The notes under the pieces: model-generated
The model's input: only the letters and a program-made list of their open reading frames with translations
What the model was told of the DNA's origin: nothing
Database searches by the model: none
Shown here: positions 51,917 through 64,000 of the stretch, piece by piece
Layout: the number at the start of each line of letters is the position of its first letter
Numbering within the stretch: the first letter of the stretch is position 1
Assembly (NCBI GenBank): GCA_013239625.1
Contig: MU053652.1
Span: 9,154,507-9,218,506 of the forward strand
Direction: 5' to 3'
DNA length: 64,000 nucleotides
From: Lama guanicoe
Taxonomy: Eukaryota
Position numbers and translations under genes: made by a program

Positions 51917-53899
51917 CCTTGTATTTATTTGAGCTACAATATGTCTGTCTCTTCCTCAGATCGTAACTGCAGCATCTTTCTTAGAACCTGGCACTTGAGG
52001 ATTAAATAAACATCTCCTGAATGAATAAGTACTTCATTAAAATATCTACGGTTACCTCCATTTCAGTATCTTTTTACTACACACCTTCTAAATAGGAACA
52101 TGTTATCAAAAATATTCCGTGTAGGGAAGTATTATTCCACCAGTCTCTAACATAAAAATATCAACTGAGGAAAACTAAAGACTGAAATAAAAAAGGGATG
52201 AGTAAAAACAAAATACCAATGCAAGTGTTTAATATCTGAAGAAAAAAGTGAGAAAATGATGAAATTGAAAGTCAAAGAAAAAGATCATTCTTCCTGTTTC
52301 TTTCCTGCATGATTCCCGTTGAGTTTCTTAACTTCTAACATCAGAAAAGTGGATAAAATAATTACAGTGTAAGGTACTCAGCAGAGACCCACTGAAAATC
52401 ATAGAAATATGATTAAAATCCCAATATTTCTTTATTTTCAAGGTTTACCATAAATTGCTGATATTTAACAAGATTTGAATAACAGACTTCAATAACAGTA
52501 GACTAAGAACTGATTCTTTGAAGACTAAGACACTGTTAGGAAAAACATATGCTTTTAATCTTAATGGACTTCTTTCCTAGTCCAGGTTTTGATGTAAGAA
52601 AATGTTTGTGTCTCTACATATTTATACACACAAATACTAGTAAGAGGCAAATGTAAATGTAATATTGGAGTGTAGACTGTAGTAATGATAGTGGCATTGA
52701 TTGCAAATAACTGCTTTGAATAAACTCCACTCAAGATTCCAAACACTATAAATCAAAGCTTTATAAATCACTGTGGGCTTGCTTTATCTAGCAAATATAA
52801 TAGAAGTCAAAATTTATAAGTCACTGAAATACTATAAAGCTATCAGCAATCAATGTCTTGGATTCAAATTTCAGTTTATTCAAATACAAAAATGAAATAA
52901 ATCTGTTATTTCAATAAAAGTATAGCACATAACTTAATACTCCAGCAAAATGGAAAGAAGATGTATTTAAGTAGACATTTTTTCAGATGAGCCAATCAGC
53001 TGCTTGAGAAAGGGAAGGTTCCTCCAAAGATAAGAAAATAAAACCTAAAAGTACAGAATAACAATCATTAAGTGATTCTATGTCACAGCAGTAAATGTCA
53101 TTACATAATTTGAGAGCAAAGGAAGAAGGATGTCTGAGGTAACTTTCCACGTTGTAACAAGAATGAGGATGTCTTTTTACCGGCACAAATCAGCGTGCCT
53201 GCTTATGTCTTTGGTTAAACAGAAGTCTTTGGAGCTGGAAAGAGCAAAATAGCTGGTGAACAAAGACAATGGCTGCTATTAAAACTGCACTGAAAGTAGA
53301 TCAAATGCAAACAATTTCAGAATGAGAAGCTGTCTAGCCAAGACTACATTTTCCTTTATTATCTGTCCCAATGGGACACTCACATTAGGGAGGCAGAAAA
53401 TCTTTGCAAGCCCGGCAGATATATCCAATTGACAGAGAGTGACAGGTGGCAGGAAGGATAGTTATCAATTTATTTAGGAAAATGCTATGACAGGAGTTCC
53501 TTTAGCACTATGATATTGAGAAATTTATTAACTGAAGTTCAGTATAAATAGAAAGAGAGAGAGAGAGATCAGAAACTTACTTCAAAGTTCCCATTTAAAA
53601 TTTTAGGACTTTCTCAAGTTGGAAAAATCCAAAGTAAACAAACAAACAAAACTTTAAGGAACATAAACAAAAAAAATTACTACTCTATAATGCAATAAAC
53701 AACTTAAGTTTTTGAAGATGACAGAGAAAAAAAAAACTCAAGATGAAGATGATCTAAGGACACTGACATAATATTACTCTGAAGATAATTAATCACAACC
53801 TGATGATACATGGTGGGTATAAAAGAAGTCAAGGAGCAGAACAAGTGGAATGGTACTCATAATGGGTCACAATGAACCAGCGCTTTAATAAAAAAAATT

Positions 53900-54900
53900 A
53901 AATGAATCCTACAGAGAAGTAAAGAAAAACTGAGTTAAGGTAGGAAATTATGGGTAACACAATCATTGAAGACTGAAAATAGGATGTCATTTTGAAGGGT
54001 TTAGAAATGTTTAAATGATTTTTATTTGAAAGTGAGAAAGAGAGATACACAAAGGATGACTCCCAAGATCCTGACTGGAGCACACCTGGGTGTATCATGG
54101 TACTTGTTGTGTTGATAAAGAGAACGGATGGAAAGAAAGACTGCATCTGATTTTGGACCGTAGGCTGAGATTCCCACTGAAGTTCATTAGGCAATCAGAA
54201 ATAGGGGTCTGAGAGCCAGGGACAGATTTCTTCTACATGGCACAGAGAGCTATATTCAATATCTTACAGTAACCTACAATGAAAAGGAACATGAAAAGGA
54301 ATATATATACATATACATATGACCAAAACATGCTGTGCTCCAGAAATTGACACACCATTGTAAACTGTCTATACTTCAATTAAAAAAAAAGAAGTCTGGA
54401 CTAGAGATGGAGGCTGGTGAATGTCAGCACAGAGGGAGTAATTTAACACTGTGAATGTGGATGAAATATTTCAGTTAAAGTCAGTAAGTGAGAAGAGAGA
54501 GGGCCAATGACGAGACACTGAAGCGTATGAACATTTAGGGAGCATAAGGGGAGGAGGGAGCCCCCAAAGGAATTAAGAATAAATGGCCTGGAAGAGAACT
54601 GTAAACTAGGAGAAAATGGTACCCTGAAAGTCACAGAAGAATGGTTCCAGCAATGAGAGGTCACCCCAAAGCAAATATCCTACACAGCAGAGAGCCCACA
54701 GGGTCATGAGTGAAGAGTAAGCACGGGATTTGGTTATTTCTAACTTCAAATCCTATATTCCTAGAAAAAAACTATTTCAATGAAATGGTAGAACCTGGAA
54801 TTCAGACCACAGTGGGCAGAAGAGTGAACTGGAGGCAACCAAGCAGGGTTAAAAAAGTGCTTTTTTAAAGTTCGTTAAGAAAGGAAGAGTGATGGTGTAG
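53900..54900 (+). mobile_element. L2 LINE fragment containing a younger L1 3' end (about 54230-54390)
   Basis: L2-like aaggatgactcccaag...ctggactagagatggaggctgg...acatttaggg; inset gcacagagagctatattcaatatctt...acaccattgtaaactgtctatacttcaattaaaaaaaaa. Confidence 0.72.
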
Positions 54901-56944
54901 CACACAAAGACTGATGAAGGATGAGAAACGCTATTTTTAACTCAGGGAGAGATGTAACATGCATACGTATGGAGAGGGGAGAGTTATTACAGGAAGGAGT
55001 TTAAATAATGGGAGGTCCACGATCAAGGTCCCCCCACGGGGAGAAGACAGACCATGGATGGACAATTATTAGCCTAAGAGAGGAAAAGAAGCATTTAAAG
55101 AAGTCAAGGAAATATGGATTTATTATATCTAACCATTTAGAGATGAGGGAGTGAGAAATCTGACAGTTCACACTACAGTTTCAGGTACAGAGCAGAATCA
55201 CATCACATGGAAGGAAAAGATGTTTGGGAGTAGAGCCGACTTGGGTTCAATCCCAACACCACCATTGTCAGGCACCTCTCACCTGAGCCTCAGTTACCTT
55301 CTCCGTCCCAGGAACAAGAATCTCGCTCTCTCAGACTGTGCAAATTAAATGGGGTAATACATGTAAATGGGCTGGCAGACAATATGAATTGTCTTAACCC
55401 CTTTCCCTATTTTCTCAGGAAAGCTGGGAGCAGGAGCACTAGCTGCGGGGGAGACACAAGTAAGAAAAGAGATGAACATGCAATAGTGACACTGCAGGCT
55501 GAAGGAAAGCCCCGGGCACTCCACGGATGTGGGAGGCCATGAACCTGCAGAGGCACCACTCAAAAGGGTGTCTGTGTCTATTTTTGTTTTTGTTTTTTGT
55601 TTTTGCAAGTTCATTAGTCCTGGCGGACACACAGAGAGGGTAGGGAGTTGCGATCTGACAGTGGAGATGAGGAGGTCAGGTGAGATAGAATTATAAAAGG
55701 TCAGGAACCTAGAGGTCCTGGCTAAAGAGTGTGACGCTCCCCTCCAACCCCAATCTCAAATCTGATATAGGGCGAGAAGGGTAATTAAAAAAAAACAACT
55801 ATTAAATAGTTACAACCCCAGTGTCCTTGTCATCATTCGTCTTGTTATAAAATGACGTGTGATGTGTAACGCCCAATACTGCAGTATTTCTACCGCTATA
55901 CCCTAGTAGGAAATCTCTAACTAATCAAAATCAGGAAAATCACCACTGAAATTTAACAATCCCCAGAAACCATGAAGAGTTCTTGTTCCTTTAACATCAC
56001 CCCCTGACAAGCCACCATTTTTAAAAGAAAGAAGAGGCCTCAGTTATGACCTTATCTTTGCCTCAATTACTTCAAATGAGTCCACTGTGTTTAATATTCA
56101 AGACTGAGGCTAAAGGCAGTGCCGGCTGATTAATTGCAGGACTTGAGCGTGGTGCTTGTTCTTAACTAACTGACCTCAGTAAAAGGCAGGCCAACCATCT
56201 GTGGAAGGATGAGGCAGATACAGAGTAAGATTTCGTGGTTGCTGCAGACCGCCTACTACTAGCGAGAGAGCAAATGCAGAACTAAAAAACATCCCTGGGA
56301 ATTACTCCTTGGTTTGAGGAATAAAATACTTCTTGCAGAATAGCTCTGAACGTTGCCTTAGTTCACTCACTGCAGCTTCCCCTGTGGTCATCTACGTTTC
56401 CTCTTCCCCAATAACTGAAGAGCCAAGGTCTTCGAGCAAGGGAGGAACAGCACAGCAGAGAACGGTGACAGCGGTGGTGACAGTGACACCACCATATGTC
56501 CATACCCAGTGCTTGCTGTCCACGTACTCATTATCAGTACAGGGCATGACTGAGGCTCTGCTTCCCACCTCTGCTGGGAGGACCAGGGATTCAGAGTTGA
56601 AGCCTGAGACACTGATATTACCTGTTATCTTTGTATTTGTAACAGGACTTCTGATAATTTTCCTACATTGTTGTTTAACTGTTTTGGTTAAAGAACATGC
56701 TGCCTATAAGACCAAAGACTCTGGGTGAATTCCTCTATAGAACCATCAGTTCCTCCTTTCTGTATACACTTATCACAAAATACTCTCTAAAATCAGATCA
56801 CCTAGATGCATGCTACTGGTCACATGCAAGGGCTAAGAAAGGAGCTGTAGGGGAAGACCACAAATCCACTGCTCTGGCTAAGAATTCTACATTTTATATT
56901 ATCTCTAGATCTTATCTAAACCTAATTCCAGTAAATACAGCTTT

Positions 56945-57670
56945 TATTTGTTCATTTATTCACTCATTCATCAAATATTCATGGAGTGCCTAGTATGAGA
57001 CAATAAAAGTCTGGTACAAAAGATAAAGAGACAAATAAAACAGTATCTATCATCAAAGAAATCATGTTTGAGTGAGGACCCAAGACAGCAAATGGTAATT
57101 ATAATACAGCCTACAAAGGGCAGTAGCAGAGACATGCACAGAATATTCCAGAGACACAGAAGAGCTGTATCTAATCCAGAAGGGACAAGAGACAAAGGCT
57201 TCCTGAATGACAAGATGCCTGAAATAAGTCTCAAATGATGTGCAAGTATTATCAAAGGAAAGGTGGGGAAGGAACCCAGGGCTAAAGGCACCCAGGAAAA
57301 GAGAACGGCATGACCACAGATGAGAGAAAGAAGGGTTATCTGAGAAAAACCTCCAGAAGGTCTATGTGCTGATACATCAAATGCGAGGCAGGGAGAAGAG
57401 AGGACTGCACAGAGGTGAGCAGATGTTGAGACCGTGCATGCCAGGACAAAGGGTTTGGACTTTTCTGGAAGGCTGTCTAAGGGGTTCCAGTTACAGGTGG
57501 CATAGCTATGTTTAAGTTTCATGGAGGTAACTATGGTTACAGAGTTGACGAGGACACCGCTGATGGCAGATCAGTTAAAGTTTTAGCAGTAGTTTAGGTG
57601 AAACATAGTAAGGATCCAAACCAGGGGAAAGTGAAGCAGGGAGAAAGAAGGAGGGACAGATTTGAGAAAA
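56945..57670 (+). mobile_element. L2 LINE 3' fragment
   Basis: ttcatttattcactcattcatcaaatattcatggagtgccta (L2 tail signature) followed by purine-rich L2 body; explains spurious ORF 56971..57522. Confidence 0.7.
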
Positions 57671-57673
57671 AGG

Positions 57674-57710
57674 AAACAAACAAAACAAAACAAAACAAAA
57701 CAAAACAAAA
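57674..57710. repeat. (AAAAC)n microsatellite
   Basis: aaacaaacaaaacaaaacaaaacaaaacaaaacaaaac. Confidence 0.95.
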
Positions 57711-60409
57711 CCTGCCTTTGAGGGAGTTGATTCGCAGTAGGAATTAGGAAGAGGGGGTAGGGAATGTTGATTTTAATCTCTCTGGTTTGGGAGATTGAGG
57801 AGGGCAGTGCCACCAGTCAAGAGGCCATTCCCCCAGGGGACTGCTTGCCAAGCCATTCTCTCCCATGTCATCCTCCGTGGCCCCTGTGCAACTGTGCGTC
57901 AGTTTCCAGGGAGGGAGAGCCACACTCTTCTATGGTCTACACTGCAGACCTGACAATCCCGGGAGCAGCATGAGAGTGTCCTCACTGAACTCCTCTGAGG
58001 GTCAGAGCCCGGCCACGGGTGTGGTTAGAGTGGCACCGCTGGCTACAGGCCTTTGCAGAGCATGGTGGCTGGTTTTAGGGTTTTTTTTTTTTTAATTCCT
58101 ATGGTTTAAAAACAAAGGCTAATTATTTAGTAAACATGGAAGAATATTAATTATATGACCTTATAGAGAAAGGCTACCTACACTTTCCCTGAATATCTGT
58201 GAAAATATCTTTATTTCAACCATGTTAGCTAATATCCATGACTTCTATTGCTTTTATAAAGATTCATCAGGATTTTAATGAACTGTCACCTATTTATCCT
58301 GAAAAAGCAACTGGCACAGCTATTTAAAATTTAGAGTGATCCTCAGTCTTACTTTAATACAAAGAACAACCCCCTGAACACTTAACTGACAGGATCTACG
58401 GGAATGTTTGAAATCAATGACAAACATCACCTTCACTGAGATTTCCACTGTACACTTTATCTTACAGGGTCCTTAAATTTCCATGGAGAACAGATATAAA
58501 TGATCCCCACCTAACACAGAAGGGCTCCTTTTATCTCTGAGGCAGCCACAATCAAAAACATGAGTTTGCATAAAATGACATAAAAATTTTAGCCTGATGA
58601 TTCCATACATGAGAAAATTTAGTCTTCACCTTATTCTCAATAAAACACTGCTCTCATCAATCTAGAGAATAATTTAATGGCAGCAGATTCCTTAAACATG
58701 TATATTATTGAAAAATAATATTATGTGACATCAGTGATCATTTTGATTGCTCTTTATAACAGAATAAAACCAGAAGATAATGTTCCTTAAACTAATAATA
58801 GAAAGGACTAGAATTAAAAAAAAAAAAAGGCCAAAGAATTCAAGGCCTAGTAGTCCTTTGCATAAATCTGCCTTTTCTCAGGCATGCTATTATATCATGG
58901 TCCTTCCAAACCAGAGAAATATTCTATAGACAGACACTCATATAGATATTACTCAAGGGAAATGATAAAATTTATTTCTTCACGAGCAGTTTGAAATAAA
59001 CAGTCCAATGAGAGCTAACAGAACCTGTGAAATAGAAAAGAAATAGATGATGAAAAATTACTACCCAGATTAAAAGCCTGAAACGAGAAAAATAACAAGT
59101 ATCCAAGGGATAATTAAACCAAACTTCTTTCTAAAGTTAGCAAATTTAATGCTTGGTTTAAAAACTCTTAAAGTTGATTCATGAATTATAATGAATTGTT
59201 TTAATGTGGCAATAAACAGCTTGTGAGAACCACAAAGTCTACTGCTGTGTCTCTAGCCCTTTTGTTTTCTGAATCTCCACTTATTTTTTAATTAGTTTCA
59301 AGTCAGGAAATTCCTGTAAATAGACAAGTTTGGACACTGGCACATTAATTTTTTTCCCTAATATATTTCTTAGTGATGATGTTTAAATATAAGAGTTTTT
59401 GAATGTAAGTAATTCCAGTAAACGACAATCCATTAATCAGATAAAACGAGCTGGTAATCAATTTACATCGCAAAGAGATTTATTGCCAACAGTCCATGAA
59501 ACTAGCAAGGGCCCTTACTCTTTAAGTATATACATAAAAAGGCTGAAGGCTTTAAACTAAGATGTTATGAGTCACTGTCAAGGGACTATCAATCTCAAAT
59601 AAAGAGAAAAAGATTAAAATTGTCATGTAAGTCAACTATATTTGATTTTTAATAAATTGATTCTTCAAGGCTTTATCTTTCATGCAAAAAAAGCTACACT
59701 TGCATGGATTCAAATGTATCTTAACTTGTGTCTATCTTGTGTCCAGCTCAGTGGAAGATTCTGTCACACTCTTCGGTAACTATAGATATAAATAGATTCT
59801 CTTTTTGGATTGGCAAGTTCCCTGCCCTTGCACGACTAAACAAAGATGGTGCGACGGGAAGCTGGGGCAAAGGAAGTGGAGCAGGAGGAGAAGGGGAGCC
59901 CTTTTAGAAGTGACCGAAATTCTAAGGGGGGCTTAGGGCTCCCACAGGCAGCAGAACTTGAGGGGGTGAAGAGGAAAGATGAGCTTGTGAGTCAACACAA
60001 ACTAGATCTTTGAAAAGCTGGGAGGCCCCAGCTGACATCTGTTTTGGACATTTTCAACTAATTAATACTGAAGAATGGCCGAAATTAAGAAGAAGGTAAA
60101 AGTCAACAACACATGTGCAGAAAAGCAAATCCCTCTGTTTGCTCTGGTTCAGTTAATGTGATATCCATGCCTTCACAGAGACCATTAGCAAATAAGAAAC
60201 ACTATTTCTATAAGGCGTTCCAGATGATTAAATTAGGAAAATGCATTAAATAAGTCACTCTTTGTCACTGTCTCAAAAGAAACTTTAAAAAGTCATGTTA
60301 ATCATACAAGAAGTATTGCAAACAAAGTGCTTTTTTTTATTCATTGGTATACAGCTGAGGTGATAATCACCTCAACTCCAAGAAGCCACTGGTGTCCTTT
60401 GTTCAAGAA

Positions 60410-60610
60410 ATGTAGACTAGATAGACAAGATTATACTGTATAGCACAGGGAAATATATACAAGATCTTGTGGTAGCTCACAGCAAAAAAAAAAATGTGTG
60501 GCAATGAATATATGTATGTTCAGTATAACTGAAAAATTGTGCTCTACACTGGAATTTGACACAGCATTGTAAAATGACTATTACTCAACCAAAAAAATGT
60601 TAAAAAAATA
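60410..60610 (+). mobile_element. L1 3' end (artiodactyl-type)
   Basis: tagacaagattatactgtatagcacagggaaatatatacaagatcttgtggtagctcac...gacacagcattgtaaaatgacta...A-rich tail. Confidence 0.85.
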
Positions 60611-62039
60611 TAAACCTCCTTATGGCCTTAAAAAAGAAAGAAATCTATGTAAAATGCTGGGAGTTTAAAGAAGCTGACCCTAGACTATATCTCTATAACG
60701 GATGATAAACTGGCTTAGCAATTGTTATTGTCAGCAAATTCACTGTGATTCTATTTGGTACGTCTCTAGAACACCAAATGGAGAAAACATTCCAGATCTA
60801 AGATCTAATTCCATAATCACTCATCATGTCTTGCGTGAATCACTTGGATTTTATAACCTTCTAAGTCAAAAATATGTCTTATGAATGAGTCTTCTGATTT
60901 TATGTTCAAAGAGCACATGTCTATGACCTTGATGGGTACTTGGAAAGTGAAAGCTGGCCACAAACAGGTTATGTTTCTAAATTCAGCTTTGACTTCCTGA
61001 TCCTATTCTCTGGACCAGTAGGAATCTGCTACTGATTGTCTCAGTTAGTTTTTTTTTTTTTTTTGTAACACTTCTAGATCTGAAAATACAAATATAAACT
61101 TTTTCTTTGGTAGTCTAGGGTCTAGAAGGAAAAGACATATGGATAAACAAATCAATGTAATGAGAAGTTATTTAATAAAGACATGTTTACATGATCAATT
61201 CCCTCGGGTGACAGGCTTAGTTTTGAAAAGATGATGTTGACTGTAGAAAGCTGAGTATATGTCACTAAGACAGGATTACTCCTACTTTCTAGCCTGACTC
61301 AGAGACCCAGGTCCTTTGAAACTAGAGAAGACAGTGGGGTTTTGATACTTGACTGCAACCCTCGTCTGGGTTTTTTCTTTTTTTTTTTCTTCACCTATAT
61401 CTGGAATCAGGGTTCTATGCCATGCTCTGTCAAGTCTGACTCTCCTGGCTTCTGGTTATAACTTGTCCATCATAGAATCTCAGGAATGGGAAAATCCACC
61501 CTAGTCAATTATCCCATCATTTCTTGAATTCTCTATACAACACTCTTAAGAATAGGTTTTTCTGCCTAAGCTTAAACATTTCTGATGTTAGAGTATCTTT
61601 ATCTCCCCCAGCATAGCTTATTCCAATTTTGGATTTTTTTCAATGTTAGAAAGTCATTTCCTCTAAGTAAGTTCCTCTCCAAAAGTAACTTCTCTCCAAA
61701 TGGTAGCTATCTGGGGCCATATAAAATGTTCAGTTATTTTGCTACATAATGACCCTGTAAAAACACGAATACTGACACTGTCATCTCCTGAGCCTTAACT
61801 TTTTCGTGATAGATTCGCACCTGCTTCACATATATCAAGACACTTTACCAACTAGGGGGCCTTCTTCCAGATACTCTCCAATTTGTCTATATTCTTTGTA
61901 AAGCTTGGCATCGAGAGGAGGGCAATGAAATATGGAAATATTCGATGAGTTTTCTAAGCTATAAAAGATAACTGAATCTTTAGCATAGTAACAATAATAA
62001 TAACAACAGTAGTTTACATTTGTATGGTGCTTCCTTTGG

Positions 62040-62290
62040 GAAAGAGCATGGCATAATGTTGAAAGAATGGGTTCTGAAGTCAGACTTTCTGGGTGAAAAT
62101 TGTGTCCCCCTCCCCACTAATCAGATGACTAATGTTATAGGTAGGTCTCTTCACCTCTCTGGTCCTCAGGATTACCATTTAAATGTATGGATCATAATAG
62201 GCTGAGCTTTGTAGAATAAAGTACTAGGAGGCTTCAATGAGCTAGTACAGGGAAAGTCATCAGCCCGGTGGCTGACACAAAATAACGGGC
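62040..62290 (+). mobile_element. MIR SINE
   Basis: gcatggcataatgttgaaagaatgggttctgaagtcagac...cttcacctctctggtcctcag. Confidence 0.7.
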
Positions 62291-63469
62291 TATGTACCCT
62301 CTCCATTTTACCACACTTCACTTTCTCTTTCTCCATCACAATCACTTTTTTTGCCTCAGTGCCTTTGCACTCACCATGCACTTGCTTGAAACACTGACCC
62401 CCCTTCAATGACTATTTCCTTCATATTTCAGCTGAACTGTCCCCCTCTTGGAGAGGCGACCCCACCACTTCTGCTAAGCTACTGTCTTTTACATCACTGT
62501 GTTTATCCTTTTGACAATAATTCTCACATGCTGCCATTATCTTGTTTAGTTGTTTGTTTTTCTTTCCCTAATAGAATGGAAGCTTAATCAGAGCAGGTAC
62601 CTTACCTGCTCTGTCAACTGTTACACTTACAGAGACTAATACTGAATGAATAAATTGATGTGTATCACCTATAATTATTCTTGTTATTGTATTTATTAGT
62701 ATTCATCATGTCTCTTAGTTCTCAAGAGTGCTCTCTGAAGCAGGCAGATCATATTTTTAGAATAACTAAAATGCAGAGCAAAATGTATTTCACAAATGTA
62801 AGGGGAAATACGGCCACTGAAATGAATAAATCCGCTAAAACTCTCCCAACATTTCTAAGCGACTGCAGAAAATTCGGTTCAATGGAGCATGAAACTCCAT
62901 TTCATGTGCCCCAGTTTGTCACATTAGGAAATTTCAATATGCGTGTTAAAAGGAAACACTTACTTAGAACCCAGAATGATAATGTTACCATAGCAGATCT
63001 ATTTAATTTAGTCTGGATTTGGCCTCACAAACAAAATTCTAATAGAGACTAAGGAACAGAATCTTAAAGAGTTACAAAACAAATTCTCACTGCAACATCT
63101 TGCTTTCATTTATTTCAGTTAGAATTCCCGGCAGACTTTGAATAAAGGGAAGCGCATGTGAAACGATGTATTTCTGAGACCCCTTTATTATTTTCTAATC
63201 TAAATCATTTCTATACAAAAATCATTAAAATGTAGAATTACTGACTGAATTATCTTTGTTTTCCAATTAAAACTAGAGGTAATTAATAGTTGAAACTAGT
63301 GTAACTGAATTTCTGCTCTGCTAGGTAGATGTTTGTGGGTTCTGTGATATTATCTTTCCCTTTTTTTCCGTTAAACAATTAAAATTTGTATGTATTTTCA
63401 ATGTGAGTAGCAACATATACAACTACACAGTAAAACAGTAAAAGATTTCCTTTTAGTCTTCCTCACCTT

Positions 63470-63665
63470 CTATTTCTCTTTTATTTTTCTATTAAAGTAT
63501 AGTTGATTTACAATGTTGTGTTAATTTCTGGTGTACAGCATAGTGATTCATCCATACATATATGTATATATATATATTCCTTTTCATATTCTTTTTCATT
63601 ATAGGCTATTACAAAGTATTGAACATACTTTCCTGTGCTACACAGTAGGACCTTGTTATTTTCTA
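63470..63665 (-). mobile_element. L1 3' end (artiodactyl-type)
   Basis: aagtatagttgatttacaatgttgtgttaatttctggtgtacagcatagtgattca...cctgtgctacacagtaggaccttgtt. Confidence 0.88.
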
Positions 63666-63708
63666 TTCTTCTTTTATAAGGTAAGTCCTGTTAAATAGTG
63701 GGTGTATA

Positions 63709-64000
63709 CAGTTATCCCCTAGTATCCCTGGGGGATTGATTCCAGGATCACTTTGGATACTGAAATTGATGAACGCTCAAGTTCCTTATGCAAAATGGTG
63801 TAATATTTGCACATAACCTACACACATCCTCCCATACATTTTAAATCATATTTAGATTACTTATGACACCTAATATAATATAAATGACATGTAAATAGTT
63901 GTATATGTAATGTAAATGCTATGCAAATAGTTGCCAAATTCAAGTTTTGTACTTTGGAATTTTCTGGAAAATTTTTTTCTGAGTATTTTCAGTCCATGAT
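63709..64000 (+). mobile_element. MER2-like (TcMar-Tigger) element, cut by window end
   Basis: TA|cagttatcccctagtatccctggggattgattccaggatc...gctcaagttccttatgcaaaatggtgtaatatttgcacataaccta. Confidence 0.85.

Larger units (their letters stand above)
1..64000 (-). other. PTPRZ1: PTPRZ1 transcription unit (partial: intron 2 to intron 13, exons 3-13)
   Basis: Eleven GT-AG exons with compatible phases translate to the recognisable PTPRZ1 ectodomain and TM sequence. Exon 2 and exon 14 were not found, so both window ends are inferred to be intronic. Confidence 0.97.

Noticed and set aside
56971..57522. 183-aa hydrophobic ORF
   Set aside because: Lies within a degenerate L2 element; the Leu/Phe/Ser bias reflects a pyrimidine-rich strand.
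46149..64000. PTPRZ1 exon 2 or a nested gene in the last 18 kb
   Set aside because: No sequence encoding the expected exon 2 peptide (YYRQQRKLVEEIGWSYT) and no credible ORF or processed pseudogene seen; consistent with the large intron 2.

Overview
Mammalian genomic DNA, AT-rich and mostly intronic, covering the middle of PTPRZ1 (receptor protein tyrosine phosphatase zeta / RPTP-beta / phosphacan) on the minus strand. Eleven coding exons (3-13 by human numbering) have GT-AG boundaries and join in one open reading frame. They encode the catalytically inactive carbonic anhydrase-like domain (exons 3-8), the FN3 domain (9-10), a linker (11), the 3538-nt Ser/Thr/Pro-rich chondroitin-sulfate spacer (12) and the transmembrane helix (13). 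Exons 1-2 and the phosphatase exons are outside the window. Two known isoform switches are visible in the sequence: the internal exon-12 donor for the short receptor and the read-through stop for secreted phosphacan. tRNA-derived SINEs of the Vic-1 type suggest a camelid source. The introns carry ordinary L1, L2, MIR, MLT1, MER5 and MER2 relics. I found no convincing novel system. The best leads are unverified splice candidates: an alternative terminal exon in intron 10 that would give a secreted CA+FN3-only protein, and micro/mini-exons around exon 11. There is also a near-perfect 120-bp tandem duplication and a strong CTCF motif. Exon numbering, repeat family names and comparisons with human come from recall, not from a search.
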